64,000 nt of DNA, from IMG/VR virus record IMGVR_UViG_3300035210_000151; one strand, 5' to 3'. Below are positions 1 through 10,651 of the stretch, piece by piece (position 1 is the stretch's first letter; every line of letters begins with the position of its first letter). Position numbers and translations under genes: made by a program. Under the pieces are notes generated by a model, which was given only the letters and a program-made list of their open reading frames with translations, was not told the origin of the DNA and did no database searches. This DNA comes from a virus (taxonomy: Duplodnaviria > Heunggongvirae > Uroviricota > Caudoviricetes).

Positions 1-425
1 CCATAACTCATACCAGAAATGTTAAATCTGGATTTGGAGATGTATGGATTCCCCATGTGTTCACCAAAGATCAAAGGTTTGTTTATGTGTACATCTTTCA
101 TGTAAGGGAACATGGAATGTACGAAAACATGGTCACCCTCTTTACTTGGTTTTGTAGATCCAAATGAATAGTTTAAAGCATTGTTTTTTGAAGCTTTGTA
201 CACATACTCTCTTTGACTTCTGTTGAAAGGAAGTTCTTCATGATCTTGGGTAATGATATACGGCCTGATGAAATGACCCCAGTGTTCGAACAACCAACGT
301 CCACGGGCTAAAATAGGGAAGTTTCTTCTTAACGTATGCTTTGTTTGGAATTTGTCAACCATATACAGTATCACTAAACCAATCACCACTAAACACACAA
401 TCCCTGCCAACACATTGCTTAACAT
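1..425 (-). CDS. FMN-binding glutamate synthase family protein (YerD-like), 5' part, runs off the window
   Basis: Manual translation from ATG 425 (RBS AAGGAG): MLSNVLAGIVCLVVIGLVILYMVDKFQTKHTLRRNFP...EELPFNRSQREYVYKASK...SFGST...FNISGMSYG. N-terminal TM helix plus family motifs. Not in the ORF track. Confidence 0.85.
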   Translation of the reverse strand, partial: MLSNVLAGIVCLVVIGLVILYMVDKFQTKHTLRRNFPILARGRWLFEHWGHFIRPYIITQDHEELPFNRSQREYVYKASKNNALNYSFGSTKPSKEGDHVFVHSMFPYMKDVHINKPLIFGEHMGNPYISKSRFNISGMSY

Positions 426-648
426 TAATCTAATCTCCTTATAATGTAATTAGCTACATTCTAGTCCTGAAATATTTTATTTCAAATGGTATTCTATTTA
501 TTTTTTTGATACCGCTTATCGAAATTTATCTAATTATTTCAAAACTATTATAATGCGTATCTACCTCTTTTTTAAGGAATTATTTTTTGACGCCATATTT
601 TTAGAAATATTTTGAGAATTGAAAACTATTGACGGCACATTTCTGACA

Positions 649-676
649 TTGACTATTTGTGAAAATAGTGTATCAT
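649..676 (+). promoter_or_regulatory. sigma70-type promoter
   Basis: TTGACT-N16-TATCAT upstream of the RBS GGAG and ORF 697. Confidence 0.5.
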
Positions 677-696
677 TTGCTTAACACGGAGAAACT

Positions 697-927
697 ATGA
701 AAAATATGGAAGAAGCCCAGTTTAAAAGGAAAATATCGCTATATGCTATTTTATTTTACATCACTGTTGCAGCCTTAACAGTATTATTAACTGTATCTGT
801 CAATATATACAGCATAAATATCTTAACGGCTATCCCTTGTTATTTAATCTTATCAGCCATTGCTTATTATGGTCATACATTTTTTGCCAAGATGAGAAGT
901 ATCATTTTCGTTAAAAGAAAATATTAA
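697..927 (+). CDS. small membrane protein, 2 TM
   Basis: 76 aa, two hydrophobic segments, RBS GGAG. Confidence 0.7.
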   Translation: MKNMEEAQFKRKISLYAILFYITVAALTVLLTVSVNIYSINILTAIPCYLILSAIAYYGHTFFAKMRSIIFVKRKY

Positions 928-999
928 CACTATCAATAGAACCACCTTGACTTGACTGCTTAAATTATTGTATACTCCAATCAATTTGGAGATCTAATT

Positions 1000-2007
1000 A
1001 TGAGCAGTTTGGCCCATTTTTGTAATCGTATTGGTATTGACAGCCATCTGTTACGAGTTATCAAAAAAGACAATATCCTTTATAACAAAAAAACCGCTGA
1101 ACCTCTTTCTGATTGGGTTATTTTTAATGCTGTCAACAATCCTATTCAAGACAGCTTAATTTTCCATAAATTTAGAGACGATGAAAACTTCTATACAGAG
1201 CCGTATTCATTCGTTGCTAATAATCTTCCGATTATGCCTAGAAATACAATCCATCAAAAGGCTACGAAAGAATCAACGTTCCAACGTCATAATAATCAAC
1301 ATTCAATCATTGTTGACAATCAGCCCTACTTTACGAATCTTTTTAATAAAGCGTGTGAAGGTGTTTCAGATTACAAAATGATTTATCCTTTTGAAGATTT
1401 TGGCAACTTTTCGTTTAGTATTGATTTCAGGTCAGAAGTGCTTACACTAAAACGCATTTCAACCAGTTTGGTCAATCGCTCAAATTTGGATGTGCTAGAT
1501 GCAGATAATTACAGTTATGCAGCTCGTTTGAATTTATATCATGGGGCTAATCAAAAAATGCATTTTTCTCCCCACTACATTACAGACTTTTCAGATGACA
1601 TTAATCGTAAGTTAATGGTTATTAATCATGCTGTTTATGATTTATGGCAAGATTTATCTGATGTACCGGGATTTTTGAAATCGAGTATTTATTCATTTCC
1701 AAATGCTACGCATAAATTAAAAGGTCATTACTTTACTATTACTGACACTGGATCTGGTTTGGATATGAACTTGGATAGCTTTTTCAAATTCACCATCAAT
1801 TTTGAAGCTTCCATGAAGCTAGCAAAACAATTCATCAAACGATATAATAATTATAACGATCCCATTGCGTTACATGTGATGAAGATGCTTAATATTATTA
1901 ATCCAGTTTCTCTTGATTTAATGATGGCACAAGATCTTTATGACTTCTATAATGACATTGAAGCTTTTGAAAATTATATTAAAGTATTTGAAATGACCAC
2001 TATTTAG
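1000..2007 (+). CDS. hypothetical protein, M-x-x-I tail
   Basis: 335 aa, RBS GGAG, ends KVFEMTTI. Confidence 0.8.
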   Translation: MSSLAHFCNRIGIDSHLLRVIKKDNILYNKKTAEPLSDWVIFNAVNNPIQDSLIFHKFRDDENFYTEPYSFVANNLPIMPRNTIHQKATKESTFQRHNNQHSIIVDNQPYFTNLFNKACEGVSDYKMIYPFEDFGNFSFSIDFRSEVLTLKRISTSLVNRSNLDVLDADNYSYAARLNLYHGANQKMHFSPHYITDFSDDINRKLMVINHAVYDLWQDLSDVPGFLKSSIYSFPNATHKLKGHYFTITDTGSGLDMNLDSFFKFTINFEASMKLAKQFIKRYNNYNDPIALHVMKMLNIINPVSLDLMMAQDLYDFYNDIEAFENYIKVFEMTTI

Positions 2008-2019
2008 GAGTTCGCAATA

Positions 2020-2868
2020 ATGTTTGTTATGGAATACCGAAAGCCATTAAGTGAACTGGGACAAGACAGTCGAAAGCTTTGGCTTGAAAAAGATATTGCT
2101 GCCTCGCCATCATTTTTGGTCAATGACCTCTTGAAAATTTTTAATCATCATGATATTACACCTTTCTTTTCAAGATCAACAGGAGTTTCTTTCAAATATT
2201 CAGACAGTGATACATTTCTTATCAGAGATGTAGGACAATTTAATACCTTAACTAAAAAATTGTTAGATCCTCACTTTAAATATGGTATTCGTGATTCGCT
2301 GAATAAGTTGACTCCAAAACTTATGAATATTGATAATTTTCTGAAGCCTGATATGATTTCAGGTTTTTATGACATGTTGTTTGATCGTAGTCGCTATTAT
2401 AAAACAGTAGTGGTTAATCTTAATCCAGCCGCTACAACCATTCATGACATTGACTTTCTGGATATTTATTATGACAGTCATTACAGTTTATTTCCGTCAG
2501 CAAATAAGCCATTTTCTAAAAAAGGACCAACTTATACAAATAGAATAGGTGTTTGGTTTAGAATTTATCTTAAACCAGAAGCATGCAGTTTTTCTGTCCA
2601 TAAAGAAAACATTAACTGTATGGCTCAGCATCCGCTAGATGAAACGGTTCGTGAAGATATTAAACTAACAGACTTGAACAAAAAAAAGACCAGTCAGTAT
2701 TTTGTAAACAGTATTGAATATCATTTTAAATTTCATTATGATGATTTTGATTCAGCACTTATTTTGTATTTGGATTCAAAAAGGGATGAACTATCAAAAA
2801 AACTAGGCTATGAGGTCACAGTTGTTGATCGTCATATGCTTGACCTTATCAATATGACGCTTATTTAA
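2020..2868 (+). CDS. hypothetical protein, paralogue family A, M-x-x-I tail
   Basis: MF..YR..WLEKD motif shared with the next two ORFs; ends DLINMTLI. Confidence 0.8.
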   Translation: MFVMEYRKPLSELGQDSRKLWLEKDIAASPSFLVNDLLKIFNHHDITPFFSRSTGVSFKYSDSDTFLIRDVGQFNTLTKKLLDPHFKYGIRDSLNKLTPKLMNIDNFLKPDMISGFYDMLFDRSRYYKTVVVNLNPAATTIHDIDFLDIYYDSHYSLFPSANKPFSKKGPTYTNRIGVWFRIYLKPEACSFSVHKENINCMAQHPLDETVREDIKLTDLNKKKTSQYFVNSIEYHFKFHYDDFDSALILYLDSKRDELSKKLGYEVTVVDRHMLDLINMTLI

Positions 2869-2886
2869 AAATGGAGTTAACTTAAA

Positions 2887-3768
2887 ATGTTTGTTAAACC
2901 TTACCGATCTCACGTAACACAAATGAATGGAATGACTCCAAAACTTTGGTTGGAACGTGATCTTAATATGGCTCCACCTAAACTGGTAACGTCATTAAGA
3001 GAGCATTACAGTCGTTTTAATAGTGATCTCCTTCCGGTTTTGAATACAGCAACCAGTGTTTCTTTTCAGTATGCTGATTCTAATGAATATATTGTTAGAG
3101 ATCTTGGTTACGCCAGTATTATTATGAAATCTTTGCTAGATTTAAAGATTACGGGTGGATTTAATAATAAAATAGATTCAATAGTCAATAAGCTGTCACG
3201 TATTGATAAATTTATAGGTGTTAATAAGGGTGGGTTATTTTACCAAATATTAAGTCGTCAAACCTATGTTCGATCAATTGTTGTTGGTTTAAAAAATGGT
3301 GCTGATTGCATTAGTGATATTGAATACGTTGAACTTTGTTATGATAACAAACCAAATATCATTCCTTTTAATAAGCCCATTGCAAAGAAATTTCCAGTAA
3401 GAACTAAACGAACAGGTGTTAAACTTAAACTTGAAGACAATAATGTTGAGAATACTAAAGTTTATAGAACAGGGGTTAAAATACGACTTTATCTGGAACC
3501 CACAATAGCGAGCTATATAGTTAAAAAAGAAAGTGTTAATTGTATTGAAGACATTACATATTTTGACAGTAGAAATCCGGCACAAATGAGTGATTATCTT
3601 TTGGACAGTACAGAACATCATTTAAATGTTTATCATAAAGATGTTGATGATGAATTAGTTTTAGCTTTTCTTGAAGTGAATAAAGAACGATTAAGTCAGA
3701 AGTTTGGTTACACTGTTACACATATAGATAAATCTATTCTTGATATTATTGAGATGGCAATTTTTTAA
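2887..3768 (+). CDS. hypothetical protein, paralogue family A, M-x-x-F tail
   Basis: MFVKPYR..WLERD; ends DIIEMAIF. Confidence 0.8.
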   Translation: MFVKPYRSHVTQMNGMTPKLWLERDLNMAPPKLVTSLREHYSRFNSDLLPVLNTATSVSFQYADSNEYIVRDLGYASIIMKSLLDLKITGGFNNKIDSIVNKLSRIDKFIGVNKGGLFYQILSRQTYVRSIVVGLKNGADCISDIEYVELCYDNKPNIIPFNKPIAKKFPVRTKRTGVKLKLEDNNVENTKVYRTGVKIRLYLEPTIASYIVKKESVNCIEDITYFDSRNPAQMSDYLLDSTEHHLNVYHKDVDDELVLAFLEVNKERLSQKFGYTVTHIDKSILDIIEMAIF

Positions 3769-3830
3769 AGATTGTTTTATTTTGACTTATGTGCTATTAT
3801 TGAGAACGGATAAATTGGGAGCTTAGTAGT

Positions 3831-4691
3831 ATGTTTTTAAAACCTTATCGTCATCTATTGCTAGATGAATCAATTAAAAGTCATGAAGCTTGGTTGCTTA
3901 AAGATATGGATGCAGCTCCACAGAATCTATTACAATCTTTTATCACCCATGTAGAAGCAATCCCTTCAGATACCATAAAATATTTTGTTCGACCTGCTTT
4001 AAAACAAATGGTGAGTGGCAAGAAACCTACTGACATCTCTTTGCAGTTTTCTGGAAATCACGACTTTATTTTACGTGATTTGGCTTTTGGTGAAACTATT
4101 GTCAAATCGCTTTTATCTAAACATATAGACAAAGAAATTAATGAGTATATCAATATTTTTTTTGATAAACTAAATAATGTTGATTATTTTTTAAATGGCA
4201 CGTATAATCGTGATTTTAATAAAAATAACATGCATTATCATAAATCATTTGTTGTGGGACTTAATCAAAAAGCTACTAGTATTGATGATATAGAATATAT
4301 TGATGTCTTTTTTGATAGTAAACACGATGCAATTCCAACCAGTAAAAAATTAAATCTATGTCCAGAATGTGTTAGTCGAAAAGGTATTGCATTGCGGTTT
4401 AATTTAAAATTAACACCATCATCATTTAGAACTAATGAAGAAACTGTTAACTGTAGTTCAGTGGGTGATGGATCTCAATACAACACTATTACTGATTGTT
4501 CTGGTGCTTTTCATAGCACTTATATTCTCAACAGTACAGAATATTATTTTGATATGTATATTAACGATATTGATAATGTCATGATTAGCTACCTTGAAAC
4601 TCATAAAGATGTATTGGCTCAGCGACTAGGTTATATTCCTGATGCTATTGATAAAGATATATTAAAAGTTATTGATATGGTTGTTATTTAA
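3831..4691 (+). CDS. hypothetical protein, paralogue family A, M-x-x-I tail
   Basis: MFLKPYR..WLLKD; ends KVIDMVVI. Confidence 0.8.
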   Translation: MFLKPYRHLLLDESIKSHEAWLLKDMDAAPQNLLQSFITHVEAIPSDTIKYFVRPALKQMVSGKKPTDISLQFSGNHDFILRDLAFGETIVKSLLSKHIDKEINEYINIFFDKLNNVDYFLNGTYNRDFNKNNMHYHKSFVVGLNQKATSIDDIEYIDVFFDSKHDAIPTSKKLNLCPECVSRKGIALRFNLKLTPSSFRTNEETVNCSSVGDGSQYNTITDCSGAFHSTYILNSTEYYFDMYINDIDNVMISYLETHKDVLAQRLGYIPDAIDKDILKVIDMVVI

Positions 4692-4699
4692 GGATTATT

Positions 4700-5689
4700 A
4701 TGAATCAGATTGAAAAAGAATTATTATTACAATTATTAAATATTGATGAAAAGAATATCAACTACTATTTAAAAAACAACAATGTTTCTCATATGGATAC
4801 AGGTATAGTCGATCTGAGTTTTCTTTTGTATTCTTGTTTGAAATCAGGTTTAACGGATGTTCAGATTGTTTATAATCAAACTACTGATGTTGTAAGTTTT
4901 AAATCATATCTCCGTTCCATAGAAAATATTGATTTTGACCGTTACGAAATTATCAAAAAAGATTTACATCTTTTTTATAAGGGCATTTCTTATGTCATTA
5001 AGGATGCTGGGTTGTATCTTTTTGATGAGCCTACTTATTTACAAATGTCATTGAATGAAAATAACTCAGGACTTCATACAGCTACTTATAGAACTAATAA
5101 ATATATGACTAATGTTGGCCCATCACTTATGTATCGTTTGGTTTATATTGGGTATCCAAAAATAGGTGGATATGTTGATGATGAATTTGATTTCCAGTAT
5201 GAGCATTCTTTTGACGCCCTTGAAGAACTCGATGAAAAAAACTATTTTGTAACAGACGCTCAATTAGATCATAATTTCAAGATCACATCAAAGTATTTAA
5301 CACAAAAGAATTCTAAGAAACTTGATAAAAAATTAAATATTTACAAAGATAGTTTATCTTTAATTACGAAAGGTTCTAAAATCAATGAATATTATTCTCC
5401 AACTAAAAGTAGGATTACTTTTTTCATTAATGAAGATAACGAATTAGATTTCGATCTAAATATGCAATTTAATCATAATCTATATAGCTATTCTGCTTTA
5501 GAGCAAATAGACAAAATTATTAACTACAAGAAACATTTTGAATCGAATTTTTTTATCCATTTTCTATCGTCTTTTGAATCAATTTTTATAGAGTATTTTA
5601 AGAAAAATGATTTTCTTATAGATGTGAGTATTAATTGTGTTGACGATTTATTAAATTATAGAAATTTGATGGGAATGGCTAAAATTTGA
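4700..5689 (+). CDS. hypothetical protein, M-x-x-I tail
   Basis: 329 aa, RBS AAGGA, ends NLMGMAKI. Confidence 0.8.
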   Translation: MNQIEKELLLQLLNIDEKNINYYLKNNNVSHMDTGIVDLSFLLYSCLKSGLTDVQIVYNQTTDVVSFKSYLRSIENIDFDRYEIIKKDLHLFYKGISYVIKDAGLYLFDEPTYLQMSLNENNSGLHTATYRTNKYMTNVGPSLMYRLVYIGYPKIGGYVDDEFDFQYEHSFDALEELDEKNYFVTDAQLDHNFKITSKYLTQKNSKKLDKKLNIYKDSLSLITKGSKINEYYSPTKSRITFFINEDNELDFDLNMQFNHNLYSYSALEQIDKIINYKKHFESNFFIHFLSSFESIFIEYFKKNDFLIDVSINCVDDLLNYRNLMGMAKI

Positions 5690-5786
5690 TTTGAATTCCA
5701 TATTAATATTATTTATGTAGGTTGTTAACTTCTTTTCTTTTGATTAAATTATGCTAAATTACTAGTTAATAACAAAAAATAATGTA

Positions 5787-6575
5787 ATGAAAGCTAAAGT
5801 TGATTTAGATATAGAAGTAAAAAAATATTTCATTATTTTTTTTGAACAGCATTTCTCAATAACGCCCATTTATAAACGTATTGATAAAGAAAATGCTTCA
5901 TTTGAAATCGTTGTGGATAATAATAGTGAACTTTTCATTGTGAAGTATGCAAGCCTATTTGCACAAAAATCAGCTTTACAAATACGTTCGACAGCAAATC
6001 CTGCTTTTCTTGAAAAAGTGTTCAATCTATTATTTGACAATGAACAGATTAATTATAAGCAACGATTATTATTTATCCTTGATAGTATTAATGATGTAAA
6101 TGCTAAATTTAAGTTCTTCAGTCAAATTGATTTAGACAGCACACCATTTTTTTCGTTTAAGTCTTCAATAGATAAAAAAGATAACAGGCTTTATTATAGT
6201 TTGTGTACTAAACGATATTTTAGAATGCAGGTTAATAGTAATTTATATAACGTCACTGAACGAAGTGCTCACTTTTTAACAGGACGGTTTGATTTAGATT
6301 TAAATGTTAAAAACACTCAGATTGAATTTAGATGCCAACTTACTTCAAGTAGTTTAGACGAATATGCGGTTGATAGTGTAATTATGATTACAGTTGCATT
6401 GGACAAATTCGAAAAATCAGTTAAAAGATGTAAGAAGCAAATGATATCTCTTATACTGGATGAGTGTTTTGCTGATATTGTTGCTGACCATGATATCTCA
6501 TTAAAAAAATTGCAGGCCATGTCAGAAGAAGAAATTAAACCTTATGCTGATTTGGTTTATATGTCGAGGATTTAA
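5787..6575 (+). CDS. hypothetical protein, M-x-x-I tail
   Basis: 262 aa, ends DLVYMSRI. Confidence 0.75.
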   Translation: MKAKVDLDIEVKKYFIIFFEQHFSITPIYKRIDKENASFEIVVDNNSELFIVKYASLFAQKSALQIRSTANPAFLEKVFNLLFDNEQINYKQRLLFILDSINDVNAKFKFFSQIDLDSTPFFSFKSSIDKKDNRLYYSLCTKRYFRMQVNSNLYNVTERSAHFLTGRFDLDLNVKNTQIEFRCQLTSSSLDEYAVDSVIMITVALDKFEKSVKRCKKQMISLILDECFADIVADHDISLKKLQAMSEEEIKPYADLVYMSRI

Positions 6576-6577
6576 AT

Positions 6578-7366
6578 ATGAAACAATTCTTAAATTTAGA
6601 ATTTCCAAAGATTGGTTTACTCAGCCATATCATGCCACAGTTAAAAGATTATAGACTGGATGAAGAACGTTCGTTTTATGATATTGTACCGAACCGTTTT
6701 AAAGGTAATATTAGACGTTCTTTTCTGAGAATTCATAAAGAAACTCATTACGTCTCTTTCCTTGGCTCAAACCTAGCAGATAAGCTCTTTCTTTTGTCAT
6801 CACTAGATTACCTTCCACTTGATAACAACTATATCTTGGAAATGTTTAATATCATCTATACAGCAGCCGAAAAATATAAAATCTATGACCCACGCAAGAA
6901 CAAGAGTCATCAGAAAAATATATTAAATAGGTTGAACAATAAAAACAAGCTTGAATTTACATCTCGTTTCAAAACTCATTTTGATGTTATTGGCATGTTG
7001 TCGAGTAAAAGAAAATATCGAGATCTTGTGATGAGTAGACAATATCTATTTAACGAACAATGCCAATTAACAGAAGTTTATTTATTCCAATTACCTATTC
7101 CATACCCCGATTCTAATGAGACACTTTTCAATGTAATGATTACGCAATTAAATGGAGTGTGGCATATCAATTGTGAACAAATTAAGCAAAGTCCCGATGG
7201 TTACATTGGCGTTGATTATTGTTTTTCTGATTTAGAATCCTTTTCTTTTTTGATTAACAATGAATTTGCTACTCATTATAAATCAGTGATTAAACATAAC
7301 CTTGATATAGACACTGATGTGCTTAATGAAGATTATGTTTCACTTTTGAGAATGATGGTAATTTAA
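6578..7366 (+). CDS. hypothetical protein, paralogue family B, M-x-x-I tail
   Basis: PNRFKGN and NEDY..LL.M motifs shared with 11394..12194; ends SLLRMMVI. Confidence 0.8.
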   Translation: MKQFLNLEFPKIGLLSHIMPQLKDYRLDEERSFYDIVPNRFKGNIRRSFLRIHKETHYVSFLGSNLADKLFLLSSLDYLPLDNNYILEMFNIIYTAAEKYKIYDPRKNKSHQKNILNRLNNKNKLEFTSRFKTHFDVIGMLSSKRKYRDLVMSRQYLFNEQCQLTEVYLFQLPIPYPDSNETLFNVMITQLNGVWHINCEQIKQSPDGYIGVDYCFSDLESFSFLINNEFATHYKSVIKHNLDIDTDVLNEDYVSLLRMMVI

Positions 7367-7370
7367 AGAA

Positions 7371-7583
7371 CTACCACCGAAGTTTTTGTTCTTTTTTAGA
7401 TCTTGCGTAGAAAAATGGTGTCCAAATAAGAAGTAATACACCTAGAAAAGACATTTTGAAGGCTGCAATCCAATCAAAACGAAATCCATTATATTTGGAA
7501 TCAATCCAAGAGCATATAAAGCCTGCACTCAGACCAATTAAAAACCAACAAAGCAGAAATAAACCTATTATGGCAAATGTCAT
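7371..7583 (-). CDS. small membrane protein, 2 TM
   Basis: 70 aa hydrophobic ORF, tightly packed in a minus-strand operon. Confidence 0.7.
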   Translation of the reverse strand: MTFAIIGLFLLCWFLIGLSAGFICSWIDSKYNGFRFDWIAAFKMSFLGVLLLIWTPFFYARSKKEQKLRW

Positions 7584-7585
7584 AA

Positions 7586-7828
7586 TTAAGCCCTCTTACG
7601 TTTAGCCACACGTTCTGCAGCCCAATAACCACGGCTCCAGTATTTACGCTTGGTTTTTTCATTATCACAAGCATAGGATGGGGTTGGACTGAGTGGATAA
7701 GGTGTCATGCTGAAATTAGCACCTTGCATGTGATCAACATAGCCTTCAACAAAGTAACGAAGACGATTTTTGATGGCATGTTGATATTTCAGTGATTTGT
7801 ATTTGGACAGACGTTTTTGAATAGTCAT
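7586..7828 (-). CDS. small basic hypothetical protein
   Basis: ATG 7828 follows RBS AAGGA; contains PYP...YWSRGYW, loosely like ribosome-modulation-factor-type small proteins (weak). Confidence 0.65.
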   Translation of the reverse strand: MTIQKRLSKYKSLKYQHAIKNRLRYFVEGYVDHMQGANFSMTPYPLSPTPSYACDNEKTKRKYWSRGYWAAERVAKRKRA

Positions 7829-7839
7829 AATAAGTTCCT

Positions 7840-8193
7840 TTAGTCTCGTAGGATGGAGTAGCAAATAAACATTGTCGTTAATTCTATAATGTCTTTTTCA
7901 AATTCTTTACACGTTAACTTCAAATTAAGAGCAGTTTGTCGTTCAAGATCCATTGTAGATAATTCAACACCAGAAAAATTAAAGAACTCCATTGCGTCTG
8001 TCATGTGTGCTAATACTTTGGATGGATTTTCATGTTCAATGCGTTCTTCAAACTCATAAAGTCCCTTTTTAATTAGAAACTCAACATACTCGTTTTCCGT
8101 ATATTTATAGCTAGCACAACCGTTGTTGATGAGTCTCACCAAGTGTTCGTTTGTTTTATATTTTAAAGTGTTCTTCTTGGCTGCATTTGTCAT
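7840..8193 (-). CDS. hypothetical protein
   Basis: 117 aa, first gene of the minus-strand operon. Confidence 0.7.
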   Translation of the reverse strand: MTNAAKKNTLKYKTNEHLVRLINNGCASYKYTENEYVEFLIKKGLYEFEERIEHENPSKVLAHMTDAMEFFNFSGVELSTMDLERQTALNLKLTCKEFEKDIIELTTMFICYSILRD

Positions 8194-8265
8194 AATTAAT
8201 GATCTCTAAACAATGTAGCTATTATAGCATCAATGGCGGAAAAATGGAACTGTTTTTTCAGTATT

Positions 8266-8838
8266 TCAAATCAATGCCATTTTTAATACTTTGTCATCTA
8301 TTTCTACGTTTTCTTTTATATCTGTAATAAATCTATGAAATTCTTTTAAATCACTAAAAATATAAAACCGTTGTTGTTCTTCATTGTTTTTTAATACTTT
8401 GTTTAATTGTAGCTTTCCATCATCCATCAATTTAAATAATACAAAAAAATCAGCTTCGACTTGAATGGTGTAAGTATCTTTTGTCAAGTTTACTGAATAG
8501 TTATTTAATTTTCCATAATAGGTAGTGTCTATATTGAGTTTAATCATCTCTAAGAATATATCATGTTTCCTATTTTGAACTTCCTTATAAATATTATCAT
8601 TTAATACTTCAATGTAATCTATAAGTTTTGAATCTCTGTTTTTATTTTCAATTCGATCCGCTATCAGTTTTCTTTTAATTGTTTCTAATTTAAAATCTTC
8701 AAATTCATAATCATAGTCTACCAAACCCATGCTCAACGATAATGAATTGAATTCAATCCCTAAATCTAGATTGGGTATCATTATATATTTTAATGATATA
8801 AATGTATTGTATTTACGACATTGATTTAAAAAATTCAT
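8266..8838 (-). CDS. hypothetical protein, M-x-x-I tail
   Basis: 190 aa, ends KVLKMALI. Confidence 0.75.
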   Translation of the reverse strand: MNFLNQCRKYNTFISLKYIMIPNLDLGIEFNSLSLSMGLVDYDYEFEDFKLETIKRKLIADRIENKNRDSKLIDYIEVLNDNIYKEVQNRKHDIFLEMIKLNIDTTYYGKLNNYSVNLTKDTYTIQVEADFFVLFKLMDDGKLQLNKVLKNNEEQQRFYIFSDLKEFHRFITDIKENVEIDDKVLKMALI

Positions 8839-9036
8839 TTATTTCCCCGTCAATTAATCGCCTTATAATAACAGAAAATTATCAAAATGACAATTGTTTT
8901 TATTTTTTCCCATTAATGCGTAGTTTTATTATTTTTAAGTCTTACGATTGTTTTTTGACGCCAAATAATACATTGACAAAATTCAACACCCATGTAATAT
9001 TTAATTATAATATAATATAAAAAAAGAAGATTAATC

Positions 9037-10578
9037 ATGGATATGAAAGCAGGTATGCTTGAACCAAGGAACATGTATAAGAATTATACACTCAGTCTTT
9101 ATTTAGCCATCACTCCGAAACGTTTGAACGTTACGGGTTTAAATTGTATTGATACTTTGACAGGTATGATTGATAAAGAAGGGGTTTCATCACTTACTGA
9201 TATGCTGGTTAAATTGTATAGCCAACCTGTCAGTCAAAAAATAAAGTCCATTTATGGTGTGGGTCATTATAAAACTTATTTTGATCTTTATGATTTCGCC
9301 ATAAAATCACATAAACACATTCATTTGAACCTTATTGAATTTCTTAAAGAAGAGGGGAAACGTGAATTTTATTATGCCTTGAAGAATGTCAACGAATCCA
9401 TGAACTATAAAGAAGGTGCATTATTTAGCCAACTTTCACTTCTTCACAAAAATAAGCTAACACGGGAAGAATTTTTAATCTGGACGCAAGAAGTTGTTGA
9501 CCGAGAAGCTAAAAATAGACTGCAAAAAGACCTTATTACACGAAGACTTGTACAAGCAGAAGCAAACCATGCCCAAGTTATAAAATCGACCACTGTTTCA
9601 GTCATTATTCCAGTACCTTCTTTTGAACCAAAAAGTTCAAGCTTTAACGATGGTGCTGTGGATGTGAACATTTTAAAAGAACGCAATGAAGCTAGAGCAA
9701 AATTTACATCAATGTTTGCCCCCTACAAAGGTGGTATAGATTTGGTATTAGGATATCAAGAAAAAGGCTTTTTTCAAAAGAAACACAATTGTTTAAATTT
9801 AAATATACACAATAGTCAAGAAGGTATTATTATTGCTGGGGAAGATTCTGGCCCGAAAGAACTGCTACGTTCCTATATCTATCAGTCCATCAGTCAATCT
9901 AGTGGATTATTACTCTTTTCGGCTCTCTCTGATAAGTCTACTTTGACCTATGTGTTTCAGGTAGCTAAACATTTTGATATTGTGGACGATGTGCATGTAT
10001 TCTATTATGGTTCTGATGAGTTATCCACATTGACCATCAATGATTATATTAAATCCAATAAAATTGTATTAATTTTGTATCCAGAATTTCTAGGCACTAC
10101 CAGTAATGAAGAAAATCTTATTAAATGCTATCAAAGTATTAATTCTATTATTTCTAATGTGAGCGTCAGTAATATTAATAAAGGTGCCACAAAGTTTCCA
10201 TTCAATATTTATTTCAATGAACTTTCATTTCCAACTTATATAGGAGAAGAACTTAGAAAATTGATAGCGAACTTATCATGTTTGCATATACACAATGTTA
10301 ACTATTACATTGTTAATGAAAGCTTAACATTACTCTATTCTGAATTTAGTCCAGATATTTTTAATCATATCAAGAATGTCATTATTCTTAATAATGAATC
10401 TGGTAAAGAAATCTGTCAATATTTCGACACTCAAAAATTAAAACCTGCTGACTTTTCAGCATTAGAACCGCTAGAATTTTATTATTTCTCTGAAAATGTT
10501 TTGGTTAATTCTCGTAAATTCAATGGGATTTATATGCCAATTGATATTGATGTAAATCTCGATGATCACCTAAATTAG
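9037..10578 (+). CDS. degenerate DotL/IcmO/TrbC-like coupling-protein NTPase domain with unknown N-terminus; Walker A broken, no all-alpha domain
   Basis: C-terminal half follows DotL motif order: LVLG..IIIAGEDSGPKE..SGLLLF..DKS..DDVHVF..NKIVLILYP..PFNIYFNE. Comparison from memory. Confidence 0.6.
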   Translation: MDMKAGMLEPRNMYKNYTLSLYLAITPKRLNVTGLNCIDTLTGMIDKEGVSSLTDMLVKLYSQPVSQKIKSIYGVGHYKTYFDLYDFAIKSHKHIHLNLIEFLKEEGKREFYYALKNVNESMNYKEGALFSQLSLLHKNKLTREEFLIWTQEVVDREAKNRLQKDLITRRLVQAEANHAQVIKSTTVSVIIPVPSFEPKSSSFNDGAVDVNILKERNEARAKFTSMFAPYKGGIDLVLGYQEKGFFQKKHNCLNLNIHNSQEGIIIAGEDSGPKELLRSYIYQSISQSSGLLLFSALSDKSTLTYVFQVAKHFDIVDDVHVFYYGSDELSTLTINDYIKSNKIVLILYPEFLGTTSNEENLIKCYQSINSIISNVSVSNINKGATKFPFNIYFNELSFPTYIGEELRKLIANLSCLHIHNVNYYIVNESLTLLYSEFSPDIFNHIKNVIILNNESGKEICQYFDTQKLKPADFSALEPLEFYYFSENVLVNSRKFNGIYMPIDIDVNLDDHLN

Positions 10579-10651
10579 CCTTTATTTTGTTGCTTTTGCA
10601 GGTGCGATCTGTTAATATGAACAATAAATCGACATTGAGGAATATTGCACC

